Positions 37,094 through 49,892 of a stretch of 64,000 nucleotides of DNA are shown here, one piece after another. The DNA comes from Eledone cirrhosa (lineage: Eukaryota). Under the pieces are notes generated by a model that was not told the DNA's origin, ran no database searches, and saw only the letters and a list, made by a program, of their open reading frames with translations. The stretch covers positions 37,138,001 to 37,202,000 of the forward strand of contig OZ024743.1 in NCBI GenBank assembly GCA_964016885.1. Direction: 5' to 3'. Made by a program: the position numbers and the translations under genes. Position 1 is the first letter of the stretch, and every line of letters begins with the position of its first letter.

Positions 37094-40000
37094 GAATGCT
37101 ATGGTTGACGGAGGCTCGGCTCTGTAAGGTATTGTAAATTTTGAACGCTATAACAATTGTAAATTGTTTAAAACTTTAACCAACTTGTAGACAAAAACAC
37201 CCTCCTCCTCGTGAGAGGGGTCTTTCTGCCCGTTATTTGGCCCTTCGGGGTTAAATAACTGCTTATTGGGGTTTTGTGCCCAATATTTATTTTAAACAAA
37301 AAAAACAACATGGCTACGAAAAAGAATTTTCATAGGTCACTCCCACTCATTCCGTCTTCTTCTTCCTCAATCGTCACTTCAGCAGAGAGAAGATTGTCTC
37401 TCTCCCTCCCTTCTCTTTTGCAAGCGACGACAGAAAAGAAAAGTCTCGTGCAAAGCGTGCAAGATTTCTCCACGACGACAACGACGAAACAGGTGTGCGG
37501 GAAATACGAAAACCCATTTCATTCGTCTGACGTCAGGAATAATAGCAGTAGCAGCCGTTAAAACAACAGCAACAGTGACAATGAAAACAACAGTAGCAGC
37601 CGCAACAGCATCACCAGCAGCATAAACAACAACGGCATTAGCAGCAGCAACACCAACAACAACCACAGCAACAGCGGCGGAGGCAGTAGTCGGAGTACCT
37701 GCAGCAACAACAAAAGTAACAGCAGCTATGACGACAAAAAAAAAACCAATCTCGTTTGCAGGTATCGCGAAGAACCTGGAAACAATACTCATAACAAATG
37801 AGGAATTAGAGGAAGCGAAGAAGATGGTGACAAAGAATGGACACCGAGCAATCTGCAAGGCAGCGGAAAATTTTTTCGAAACCCAACAGCACTGTACGGT
37901 CACGTACCGTACAGTAAGTACAAAATCCCGTAGGGTTGAAAGAGCCACAGAGGCTCAAATACAAAACGCCTTGGGGTCTGTATGGCAGCGGAAAACGCAC
38001 ATCACCCGAGGCAAAAAATATGCCACCGTAGACGTACTTTTTGCCACACCCCAGGAGGCAAAGGCTCAATCCGTAGTGACCCTAATGAGCGAGGAAATGG
38101 TGTTGGTGCCCTCCTACTGCGGGCAAAAAATTGTGAGGGTCAAACTGACCCACGTCCCCCCCGGGATGGCCCCTTCTTGGCTGGCCGCGTCTGTCCTCGT
38201 CGGAATCGAGGACAAAACAACTGTACTGCAAGTACAGAAAAAAGTAAGAGAAGATTGGGTCGGCACCTCCATTGAGATGTTAATCCAAACCAACCAGGAG
38301 TGCATCGAAGCTATCCCGGATGTGATAGACTTCGATAACGGCACTCAACTGCCCATAAGTGTTGAGAGCAAACGCCCGAAATGCTTTCGCTGTGGATCGA
38401 AGACTCACCTCAGGGCCTTCTGCAACGAGAAGACCCTGAGAAAGGAGAAAACCCCCCTCCTTCCGAAACCGGCTCCACGGCTACCAGCAACAGGACAAGC
38501 GGCAACCAGGAACGATAGGTCCGTGGCACCCATACCCACGCCACGGAAATCAAAAACAGCAGCAGCAGTGGAAATATTAATAACAACAACAGCAATACCA
38601 AATGCAGCTGCAACAGAGACTCCAGTGCAAACATCACCAACAACAACAAGTGAAAGAGTAGAGCTGGTACCCCTCCCCGACCTCACAGAATCAGACATGG
38701 AGTGTGAGGTGGGAGAGGGATGGCAAAAGGTCGTAAGAAGGCACAAACGCAGAAGCAGCGCATCGTCGCCTTTGAAAAGGGAGGAAAGAAATGAGAAAAG
38801 GGTAAAGTCTACTGCAAAGAGACTCACAGCAGCAACACCACCAACACCATCACCACCCGCACTAGCACCACCATCACCACCGGCGAAAACCCCACCGCCA
38901 ACAACACCTTCAACACCACCACCACAAGCACCAACATCGCAAACACAACAACAAAACGCACACACCCAGCAACAACGACAAGAAAATAGCAGAACCACAC
39001 CCCACCCCCAGAAAAACAAATGCACGGCAATAAATACACACAACAAGAAACTAATGACTTACATAATTGAACACACAGACATTTCACAACAGGACTACAT
39101 AATACCAGCACCAATCAAAACGCCAACTAACATAAGACTGCTAAAAATAGCACAGAAACAATACACAAACATTAAAACGAAATTCCCCAACGCAGTTGGT
39201 GATTTCAGGGACCTAGGAGGAACTATCAATCGAAGAGTATATTCAGACATACTCATAGAAGAGCCGACGACCAGCCGAAGGGACGAATCAACGGTCCCTT
39301 CACCAGACGATCAAGTGAAAAGGATGTAAAAACCATCCCTCCTCTACGAAAAGTACGGTAAGTGGTCTTTCCCATCTTTACCACTCTATTTTAAACATGA
39401 CCTCACTCAGAATAGGCAGCATAAATGCGCGTGGCTTGGGGTCGTCATGGAAGCAGGGTCACCTGCTCAACGACCTCAGGTCACTAAACATAGATGTAGT
39501 GGCCATCAGCGAGACCAGAATCTCCGAAGCACGGGCCTTCGCACCGATCTTCGGCGGCTACGATGTGTACGCATCTCCCAGCCGTCCTGGATCGGGGGGA
39601 GGAGTTGCTGTGCTTTTTCGGAGAGGTTTGGATCTCGCCATACGGGCCATCTTCCTGGACCCAGAGGGTAAGCTGGTGGGGCTGGACGTGACCAGCGGAG
39701 ACGGGCAAGCTTTCAGGCTAGTGGCCGTCTATGCCCCGACAGGAGCAGGGCGGCCTGATTTCTTCCGGAGTCTGGAGACCTTTCTTGGAACGTCCCGCTC
39801 TTTAGTGTTAGTGGTCGACTGGAACGGGATCTTAGATGCACGCTGGGACTGTGTGGGATTAGCGGATAGGGGTGGAGGGTGCAAGAGCCTCACCAACCTG
39901 CTCAGGCGTTTTGAACTGTCTGACAGGTACCGAATGGATTTCCCGAATGTGCCAATGTGGACTTGGACAAATCGCATAGGGTCATCCAGATCATATCTAG

Positions 40001-42806
40001 ATAGAGTATTTTGTAGGGAAATAGATAGGTCTAGATAGGATGTCCACAATTCAAGATAGTCAGCTACACGGACCACAAATTCGTGATCTGTGTGCTTGAC
40101 TTAGATAGGCTTCATAGACGAGAACCCGGCTACTGGAAGTTAAACGCGTCCTTACCAGCGCGCAAGGCCTACAGAGACCGGATTAGCGAACTAGTCAAGC
40201 GGGCGTTGACGGGGGCCATCATCAACAACAAGTGGTGGTTTGCTCTGAAAAGAGCGATTAGAATAGAATCCATTAGGTTTAGTAAGGCTTTAGCAATAAA
40301 GAAAAATAGAGCAGAGGGAGAACTAGTTAGAAAATTAGACGAGGCGCTTAGCAAAGGCATTGCGACCGACGTGCTTGCGGCGAAATTGGCCCTTGACCAA
40401 TTCTTCAATGCAAAGCACGAAGGCTGCGTTGTCAGAGCAAGGGTGCGTGCTCTCAGACACGAGGGGACGAAAGCCGTTCAATGGGCCCGAGTGGCGGAAG
40501 CGCGACGTGGCAACAAAGCCACAATCTGGTCTTTGGTGGACCACGACGGGCGCATGCTACTCGATCCCGGGCAAATGTGTGAAGCTTTTCAGCGACACTT
40601 CGCTCAGCTGTTCGGGGGCAGCGGTGGGCCGGGTCGAGGGATGGACTTTAGTGTCTACCTCGACGGACTGCCGCGGCTCTCGGCCACTGAGGCGAAGTGT
40701 TGCGAAAAGCCGATAACAGCCGCTGAAGTAAGGGAGGCAATGACTGGCTGAACAAGGGGTAAATCGTCTGGTTTGGATGGTCTGCCCTATGAACTTTACG
40801 TACAGATGCCAGACTTGTTCGGAGGCCTCTTGGCGGACGTCTACTGCAACTGGCAACAGAACGGGAGAATTCCCAATTCTGTGAGCCGAGGAGCGGTGGC
40901 ACTGCTGAGACAGGATCCGAACAAGGGGGATAACATAGATAATTTCCGGCCCATAACTCTGCTAAACACAGAGTTCAAGATTTTGGCCAAGGTGCTAGCA
41001 AAGAGGTTGGCGCTTGTCGTTGGTGATCTGGTGGTCTGGTGGTTGGTGGAATGAACGGTCACCTGTCGGAACCGTTCAACATCATGCGCTCGGTCCGCCA
41101 AGGATGTCCCCTCTCGTCCCTATTGTACGTATTGACTCTCGAGCCATTACTGCACAAACTGGAGACGTTGAGGGGCATCCCGCGCGAACTAGGATGCGGA
41201 AGATCCGTGTCAGCATAAGCGGACGATGTCACCGTAGTGGTGTCGAACGCCAAGCACATCGAGGCGATCGGCACTACACTAAGAGAATACGAAGCGGTGA
41301 CAGGAGCAATGATCAACCAGGAAAAGTCAGTGGGCCTGCAGCTCGGCACCTGGAGAGGCAGGTCCATGCCGTCCAACAGCGTCGTCGGACGCTGGACGGA
41401 CGGACCGGTTAAATTGCTAGGGGTCTGGTTCGGTCCGGACCTCCAGACGGACAAAAACTGGGACGAGGTGACGAGCAGGGTGGCTTCTCTCACCCAGAAA
41501 TGGGCGGAGAGGAAGCTATCCCTGAAAGGTCGAGCGGAAGTGGCTAACGCGTACATGGCGTCCGTCATCTGCTACCGCCTGACCGTCGTTCCTTGTCCTA
41601 AGCCTCGCCTGACTGCGCTGGAGCGTTTGCTCTTTCGCTTTTTGTGGAAGGGACGCGCTCCGATGGTCAGGCGGTCCATCTGTTGTCAACACCCGCTACA
41701 TGGAGGGCTGGGCATGCCGTGGCTGATGATGCGCAGGCACGCGCTCAGGCTACGACATCTCCACCTCTTCCTCGACGGTGATCAGGTGTGGTCGCCGTTT
41801 GCTAGACACGTATTTCCCCAGCTCGTTTCCTTGACGGAGCTGCAGTCCTGGGTCAAGCGAAGACCGAGAGGGAGCGCCTGGAGACTGGAATGTCTTCAGG
41901 CGCTCACAGCCCTCGACCAATCGGGCAATGTGATCGGTGGAAACTCCACCTCGGCGTTCTATAGAGGATTAGTGGAGGGGAAGAGCGACGATGTACTTGG
42001 GGAAACTCTAGGCGTCGACGAAAATCAACTAGCCAATCTCTTCGGAAGAACTTTCCAGAAATCTCTGGCCTGGAAGTGCTACCGAGGAGCCTTGCCAGTT
42101 CGGGATAAACTCTACAGGCATGGAGGTGCCGTCAACCGGGCATGTCCGAGATGCGCGCAGGGCGACGAAACCGTCCTGCACGCACTCGTCCAGTGTCCGA
42201 AAATTGCTGACTTGTGGGTTTATGTCGAACACCTGCTGTCGCGTTTAGGACGGATCCGGCTATCATCTGAGTCCATCGTGAGGATTGCCCCGCCCTCCTC
42301 CTTTAGCCGGGAAGGGCAGGCAGTTTTTATCTGTCTGGTGGCCATGGCGAAAGAGATAGTATGGTGGACACGTTTGAAAGGGCTGAAGACGAGCACTTGC
42401 CTCTTCGGTGATGCTCTGTTTGACTTTTTCAAATTTCATTTGAAAAGGAAAATCAGAGTAGAGAGGGAAGTGCTCTCTGCCCAGCATTTTGTTGAAAGAT
42501 GGGTGAGAGAAGCAAGAATGGCCCGAGTGAATGGGCCTACTCTGAGTATATATCTGTAAACTAAAGGTGGAAAACTGGGAGAGGGCACTTGCCTTGGTGG
42601 TCAGGGTCATTGTGGCCTTTTACTGGGCTTTCTCCGCAAATGTCCCTCCGAAGTCTCCCCCCTATTGGGGAATTTTTCATTGTTATTTTTTGTTACATCC
42701 TCTGTTTTTGCTTTTACACGCAGAAATGTCCATTTGTACCGTCCTGTATTGTCCTGCACTCTCCTTAATGTCTACTTTATGTAAACCCTTGTGGTTAATA
42801 AAGAAA
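37094..42806 (+). mobile_element. Tx1-clade LINE, full-length copy A (ORF2 disabled)
   Basis: ORF1 37728-39329 has a CCHC knuckle (CFRCGSKTHLRAFC). ORF2 from 39397 has APE (SINARGL, ISET, SYLDR, TDH) and RT. Defects: frameshift near 40035, TGA 40749, large deletion near 41045, TAA replacing Y of YADD, small deletion near 42050. (TTA)n flanks. Confidence 0.95.
37728..39329 (+). CDS. Tx1 copy A ORF1 (Gag-like, zinc knuckle, Pro/Thr-rich); true start probably ATG near 37310 with a frameshift
   Basis: CX2CX4HX4C motif; homologous to copy B ORF1. Confidence 0.8.
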   Translation: MTTKKKPISFAGIAKNLETILITNEELEEAKKMVTKNGHRAICKAAENFFETQQHCTVTYRTVSTKSRRVERATEAQIQNALGSVWQRKTHITRGKKYATVDVLFATPQEAKAQSVVTLMSEEMVLVPSYCGQKIVRVKLTHVPPGMAPSWLAASVLVGIEDKTTVLQVQKKVREDWVGTSIEMLIQTNQECIEAIPDVIDFDNGTQLPISVESKRPKCFRCGSKTHLRAFCNEKTLRKEKTPLLPKPAPRLPATGQAATRNDRSVAPIPTPRKSKTAAAVEILITTTAIPNAAATETPVQTSPTTTSERVELVPLPDLTESDMECEVGEGWQKVVRRHKRRSSASSPLKREERNEKRVKSTAKRLTAATPPTPSPPALAPPSPPAKTPPPTTPSTPPPQAPTSQTQQQNAHTQQQRQENSRTTPHPQKNKCTAINTHNKKLMTYIIEHTDISQQDYIIPAPIKTPTNIRLLKIAQKQYTNIKTKFPNAVGDFRDLGGTINRRVYSDILIEEPTTSRRDESTVPSPDDQVKRM

Positions 42807-42809
42807 TCA

Positions 42810-42850
<41 letters not shown>

Positions 42851-43058
42851 GGCGACCTACGTAGTAAATCGTATCATCGTGAGCTCCGCAAAGGTTTGTT
42901 ATTTCCGTTTGTTAAAAATTGCCATTTATGGAAAATTTTATTGTTAACTGTTTATAAGCACACATACATTGTTTTCCGAAAAGGACACCCAAAAAGATTG
43001 GGGCCTTGTGCCCAAAATTTTAACTTTTATTATTATCCAAAAATTTCTTTGAAAAAAA

Positions 43059-45052
43059 ATGGCTAATTCCCCTCTGCACGAAGCAGCTGAAAGCCTTCCT
43101 CACAAAATAACACCTCACACCGACACCACCATTGTAAATGTTACTACGTTTGCCAACACAAAAAAAAATATAAGCAGTAGCAATATTTTAAATTTGTCTC
43201 AGGCAGACATTCATTTCCCGCCATTACCAATGACTGCAGGTGTTAAAGCCTCCACCACCACCACCACCGCGACAACCACCACCCCCACCACCACCGCGAC
43301 AACAGAAACAAAAGAAGAAAAAAATAAATTAACTCGTGATGTCGAAATGAAATCAAGCAAAATGGACTCTTCCGCACCAAAGACGACTGACGTCACCACC
43401 ACCACAACTGAAACTAAAATAAATATTAACACAAATAACGATAGCAACAACAACAACAATGACATTATAAAACCGACCCTCAGTTTCGCCATAGTATCAA
43501 AACAGTTCGAAGCATTCACGGTAACTCAAGAGGATTTAGAAAATGCCAAACAAATGGTAAAGAAAGATGGGTACAGGGTCAGCCTCCCCCCCCACCTAAT
43601 AAAATGGAGCATCGGCGCCTATGCACCGTGTCGTATAGAACAATAAATGTAAAATCGCGCCGAGTGGAACGGGCATCCGAGTCCCAAATCCCAAAAGCTT
43701 TGGGACATGTGTGGGCAAGAAAAACCCACATCAGACGTGGGCAAAAGTATGGAACCGTGGATGTGTTCTTTGAAACACCAGAGGAGGCTAGAGAACACTC
43801 CATGGCCCCATTAAAAAGTGACGACTTCACACTCGTCCCAAGCTATTGTGGCCAGAGACTCGTAAAGATCAGGGTGACCCACGTTCCACCGGCCATCGAA
43901 ATTCCCTGGCTAATAGCGGCTGTCCTCGCCGGCATCGAAGCCAACACGAAAATAATAGCAATAGCAAAAGAAAAGCAGGAAAACTGGTCTGGATCTGGGA
44001 TGGAGCTCCTAATCCAAGCGGACCAAAAAAGCATTGAGGAGATCCCAGAGGTAATAGACCTCACTGACGGCAGCCACCTCACGGTAATTGTCGAGGGCAG
44101 AAGACCTAGGTGTGTCGTTTGTGGTGAAGGAACCCACCTAAGGGCTTTCTGCCCTCAGGCTAAAAGGTTGAGGCCACCTCTCCTACCCACCCCAGTGACA
44201 CAACCATCAACACCACCAGTAGCAGAGATGGCAGCAACAACTGTAGCAGCAACAACAGAAGCAACTATGACAGCAACAACCCCAGCAACAGTAGCAAAAC
44301 CAACACCACTACCACCACCAGCAAAACCAACACCACCACCACCCAACGTTTCAGAACTAGCACCAGCGCCTACACCATCCACCACACCACAACCAAAACT
44401 AACGGCTGTGGAGGATTTTCCACTCCCCGGCCTATCACAACTGGAGACAGTTTGTGACGACGAGGAGTGGGAAACGATATGCGGAAAAAAAAAAAGAAAC
44501 CAAAAAAGAAAAAATTCTCTTCCTTCCCCCTCCAAAAACAAAATACAGAGGGAAACAAATAAACTAAGAAACAAAAAAGTTAGGACAGATATGCCACCAT
44601 CCACACCAGCATCACCAACCCCATCAACCCAAACACCAACACCATCACCATCATTAACTCCAACACCATCATCACCTACACCACAAAAGTCACCAAAATG
44701 CGAAACAGAAACAAACCCACAACAAACGCAAACAAAACAAAACAACCAAAACGATACACACTACACAGCATTAAATTTGAACAACAAGCAATTATTACAC
44801 TACATCCAACACAACACCAGCATCACAGAAAAAGACTACACAACAACCCCAAAATTCACACCACCTCCACACATACAAATCACTCGCATCACACAGAAAA
44901 CGTACATGACACTAAAACAAAAATTCCCCAAAGACATCGGAGATTTCCGACAAGCACTCTCCAGGAGGATTTATAAGGACATCCTTCCCGAGGAGGCCAC
45001 AAGCAGTGAAAAGGATGGAAAAACCGTCCTTCCCCTACGAGAAGTAAGGTAA
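43059..45052 (+). CDS. Tx1 copy B ORF1 (frameshift joins 43059-43646 and 43604-45052)
   Basis: LSFAIVSKQFE..EDLENAKQMVKKDG matches copy A ISFAGIAKNLE..EELEEAKKMVTKNG; knuckle CVVCGEGTHLRAFC. Confidence 0.8.
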
Positions 45053-45086
45053 GTGGTCTTTCCCATCTTTTCCACTCCTTTTCAAC

Positions 45087-48000
45087 ATGACCTCATTCAG
45101 AATAGGCAGCATAAATGCGCGTGGCTTGGGGTCGTCATGGAAGCAGGGCCACCTGCTCAACGACCTCAGGTCACTAAACATAGATGTAGTGGCCATCAGC
45201 GAGACCAGAATCTCCGAAGCACAGGCTTTCGCACCGATCTTCGGCGGCTACGATGTGTACGCATCTCCCAGCCGTCCGGGATCGGGGGGAGGAGTTGCTG
45301 TGCTTTTTCGGAGAGGTTTGGATCTTGCCATACGGGCCATCTTCCTGGACCCAGAAGGTAAGTTGGTGGTGCTGGACGTGACCAGCGGAGACGGGCAAGC
45401 TTTCAGGTTAGTGGCCGTCTATGCCCCGACAGGAGCAGGGCTGCCTGATTTCTTCCGGCGTCTGGAGACCTTTCTTGGAACGTCCCGCTCTTTAGTGTTA
45501 GTGGGCGACTGGAACGGGATCTTAGATGCACGCTGGGATTGTGTGGGATTAGTGGATAGGGAAGGAGGGTGCAAGAGTCTCACCAACCTGCTCAGACGTT
45601 TTGAACTGTCTGACAGGTACCGAATGGATTTCCCGAATGTACCAATGTGGACTTGGACAAATCGCATAGGGTCATCCAGATCATATCTAGATAGAGTATT
45701 TTGTAGGGAAATAGATAGGTCTAGCATAGGCTGTCCACAATTCAAGATAGTCAGCTACACGGACCACAAATTCGTGATCTGTGTGCTTGACTTAGATAGG
45801 CTTCATAGGCGAGGACCCGGCTACTGGAAGCTAAACGCGTCCTTACCAGCGCGCAAGGCCTACAGAGACCGGATTAGCGAACTAGTTAAGCGGGCGTTGA
45901 CGGGGGCCATCGTCAACAACAAGTGGTGGTTTGCTCTGAAAAGAGCAATTAGAATAGAGTCCATTAGGTTTAGTAAGACTTTAGCAATAGAGAAAAATAG
46001 AGCAGAGGGAGAATTAGTTAGAAAATTAGATGAGGCGCTTAGCAAAGGCATCGCGACCGACGTACTTGCGGCGAAATTGGCCCTTGACCAATTCTTCAAT
46101 GCAAAGCACGAAGGCTGCGTTGTCAGAGCTAGGGTGCGTGCTCTCAGACACGAGGGGACGAAAGCCGTTCAATGGGCCCGAGTGGCGGAGGCGCGTCGTG
46201 GCAACAAAGCCACGATCCGGTCTTTGGTGGACCACGACGGGCGCATGCTACTCGATCCCGGGCAAATGTTTGAAGCTTTTCAGCGACACTTCGCTCAACT
46301 GTTTGGGGGCAGTGGCGGGCCGGATCGAGGGATGGACTTTAGTGTCTACCTCGACGGACTGCCGCGGCTTTCGGCCACTGAGGCGGAGTGTTGCGAAAAG
46401 CCGATAACAACCGCTGAAGTACGGGATGCAATGACTAGTTGCACAAGGGGTAAATCGCCTGGTTTGGATGGTCTGCCCTATGAACTTTACGTACAAATGC
46501 CAAACTTGTTCGGAGGCCTCTTGGCGGACGTCTACTGCAACTGGCAACAGAACGGGAGAATTCCCAGCTCTGTGAGCCGAGGAGCGGTGGTGCTGCTGAG
46601 AAAGGATCCGAACAAGGGGGATAACATAGATAATTTTAGGCCCATAACTCTGCTAAACACAGAGTTCAAGATTTTGGCCAAGGTGCTAGCAAAGAGGTTG
46701 GCGCTTGTCGTTGGTGGTCTGGTGGGAGAGGCACAGACATGCGCCATTCCCGACAGATCCATCCACGACAACCTCCACCTCATGCGATACATCATAGAGA
46801 GGGTAGCTAGGGAACCTGGCACGGGTGGGTCTTTGATCAATTTAGATCAGTCGAAAGCCTTCGATAGGGTCGACCATCGTTACCTAGCGGCAGTCCTGAG
46901 GGCGTCTGGCTTTGGGCCCGTCTTCAGAGGCTGGATCGCTGCCATGCACAGCGACATCTGCTCTGTAGTGAGAGTGAACGGTCACCTTTCGGAACCGTTC
47001 AACATCATGCGCTCGGTCCGCCAAGGATGTCCCCTCTCGTCCCTATTGTACGTATTGACTCTCGAGCCATTACTGCACAAACTGGAGACGTTGAGGGGGG
47101 TCCTGCGCGAACTAGGATGCGGAAGATCCGTGTCAGCATATGCCGACGATGTCACCGTAGTGGTGTCGAACGCCAAACACATCGAGGCGATCGGCACTAC
47201 ACTAAGAGAATACGAAGCGGTGACAGGAGCAATGATCAACCAGGAAAAGTCAGTGGGCCTGCAGCTCGGCACCTGGAGAGGCAGGTCCATGCCGTCCAAC
47301 AGCGTCGTCGGGCGCTGGACGGACGGACCGGTTAAATTGCTAGGGGTCTGGTTCGGTCCAGACCTCCAGACGGACAAAAACTGGGACGAGGTGACAAGCA
47401 GGGTGGCTTCTCTCACCCAGAAATGGGCGGAGAGGAAGCTATCCCTGAAAGGTCGAGCGGAGGTGGCGAATGCGTACATCGCATCCGTCATCTACTACCG
47501 CCTGACCGTCGTACCTTGTCCTAAGCCCCGCCTGACTGCGCTGGAGCGTTTGCTCTTTCGCTTCTTGTGGAAGGGACGCGCTCCGATGGTCAGGCGGTCC
47601 ATCTGCTGTCAACACCCGCTACGTGGAGGGCTGGGCATGCCGTGGCTGATGATGCGCAGACACGCGCTCAGGCTACGACATCTCCACCTCTTCCTCGACG
47701 GTGATCAGGTGTGGTCGCCGTTTGCTAGACGCGTTTTTCCCCAGCTTGTCTCCTTGACGGAGCTTCAGTCCTGGGTCAAGCGAAGACCGAGAGGGAGCGC
47801 TTGGAGACTGGAATGTCTTCAGGCGCTCACAGCCCTCGACCAATCGGGCAATGTGATCGGTGGAAACTCCACCTTGGCGTTCTATAGGGGATTAGTGGAG
47901 GGGAAGAGCGACGACGTACTTGGAGAAACTCTAGGCGTCGACGAAAATCAACTAGCCAATCTCTTCGGAAGGACTTTCGGGCCGGGCCTATGGACAACTT

Positions 48001-48505
48001 CCAGAAATCCCTGGCCTGGCAGTGCTACCGAGGAGCTTTGCCAGTTCGGCATAAACTCTACAGGCATGGAGGTGCCGTCAGCCGGGCATGTCCGAGATGC
48101 TCGCAGGGCGACGAAACCGTCCTGCACGCACTCGTCCAGTGTCCGAGCATTGCTGACTTGTGGGTTTATGTCGAACACCTGCTGTCACGTGTAGGACGGA
48201 TCCAGCTATCAGCTGAGTCCATCGTGAGGATTGCCCCGCCCCCTTCCTTTAGCCGGGAAGGGCAGGCAGTTTTTATCTGTCTGGTGGCCATGGCGAAAGA
48301 GATAGTATGGTGGACACGTTTGAAAGGGCTGAAGACGAGCACTTACCTCTTCGGTGATGCCCTGATTAACTTTTTCAAATTTCATTTGAAAAGGAAAATT
48401 AGGGTAGAGAGGGAAGTGCTCTCTTCCCAGCATTTTGTTGAAAGATGGGTGAGAGAAGCAAGTATGGCCCGAATGAATGGGCCTTCTCTGAGTATGTGTC
48501 TGTAA
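45087..48505 (+). CDS. Tx1 copy B ORF2: APE endonuclease + reverse transcriptase + C-terminal Cys/His domain (one frameshift)
   Basis: GDWN, SYLDR, YTDH, KSPGLDG, NFRPITLLN, DQSKAFDRV, RQGCPLS, AYADD; continues in the 47990-48505 frame (CPRC..ETVLHALVQC). Confidence 0.93.
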
Positions 48506-48749
48506 ATTAAAGGTGGAAAACTGGGAGAGGGCACTTGCCCTGGTGGTCAGGGCCACTATGGTCTTTTAATGGGCTTTCTCCACAAATGTCCCTCGGAAGT
48601 CTCCCCCCTATTGGGGAATTTTTCTTTGTTATTTTATTTCAACCTCTGTTTTTTTTACACGCAGAAATGCCCTTTTGTACCGTCCTGTATTGTCCTGTAC
48701 TGTCCTTAATGTCTACTTTATGTAAACCCTTGTGGTTAATAAAGAAAAC

Positions 48750-48785
<36 letters not shown>

Positions 48786-49449
48786 TAATATTATTATATA
48801 TATAATATTATTATATATATATAATATATTTTGTATAGGGAAAATAATAAATATTTTGAAATGCACCTAATGTGTTTCACTCATAAATGCTAACTTACAG
48901 TACAAACCGAAATGAATATTTGTTTATACAAATAATTATAATAACAAAAAGTAAACCTCGTTTTGCAGAAATAGTCATGATTATCTTATTTGTTTTTGTA
49001 CTAATTGTTTTCACTATGAATAGCTTTTCATTTTATTTTGCTGTGTTAAAAATATCTTCTAAGTCTCGTCTCGTATGTTTATTGACGAATAACAAGTTTA
49101 GTTTTGATGTGCATTTAAATATAAAGTGGATTCCCTTACTGTTATTCCGTTGCGGTAGAGTTACATTGATACAATGGGAAAACGTCGAAAAGATCGTCTT
49201 CCACAACTCTGTATATGTTGACACAGAGGGAGATATCTAGTGTACGGTTCGTTAATTTGTTCCTTCGTCGGGGTATCACACCTGTTTGACTAATGTAATG
49301 ATCATAGTAACTTTTATACGTTATAATATATATATTATATCGTAGGAATTACACGAAGTGAATAAAATTTGAAAATAATTCCTTCTTTGAGGTGAAATTT
49401 TATACACACACACACACACACACACACATACACACACACACACGCACAC

Positions 49450-49632
<183 letters not shown>

Positions 49633-49892
49633 TATATATATAAATAGAGTCTGCTGTGCTGAGACCGAGGAGACCACTAATCATGTGAGCATTTGCTACA
49701 TGGGGATATGTAGAGTGGGTATAGAGATATGTAAAATCACGACCGCGACTTGTGTGTTTAACAAGCCTTATCAATGGTATATATATATAATTAAGGTAAT
49801 AAGTTAACGCAATCACAATACCACGAGATGCTTCAGCTAATGTATAGTACTGTAGCATCGTGCTACTCACCGTCCTACTCAATGATAATTGA

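Larger units (their letters stand above)
42851..48749 (+). mobile_element. Tx1-clade LINE, full-length copy B (near intact)
   Basis: ORF1 43059-45052 has one frameshift near the C-run at about 43585. ORF2 45087-48505 has one frameshift near 47985. 3' end AATAAAGAAAAC is followed by (ATT)n. Confidence 0.96.

Noticed and set aside
38405-47491. Antisense ORFs over the Tx1 elements
   Set aside because: Shadows of GC-rich coding frames with no independent motifs.
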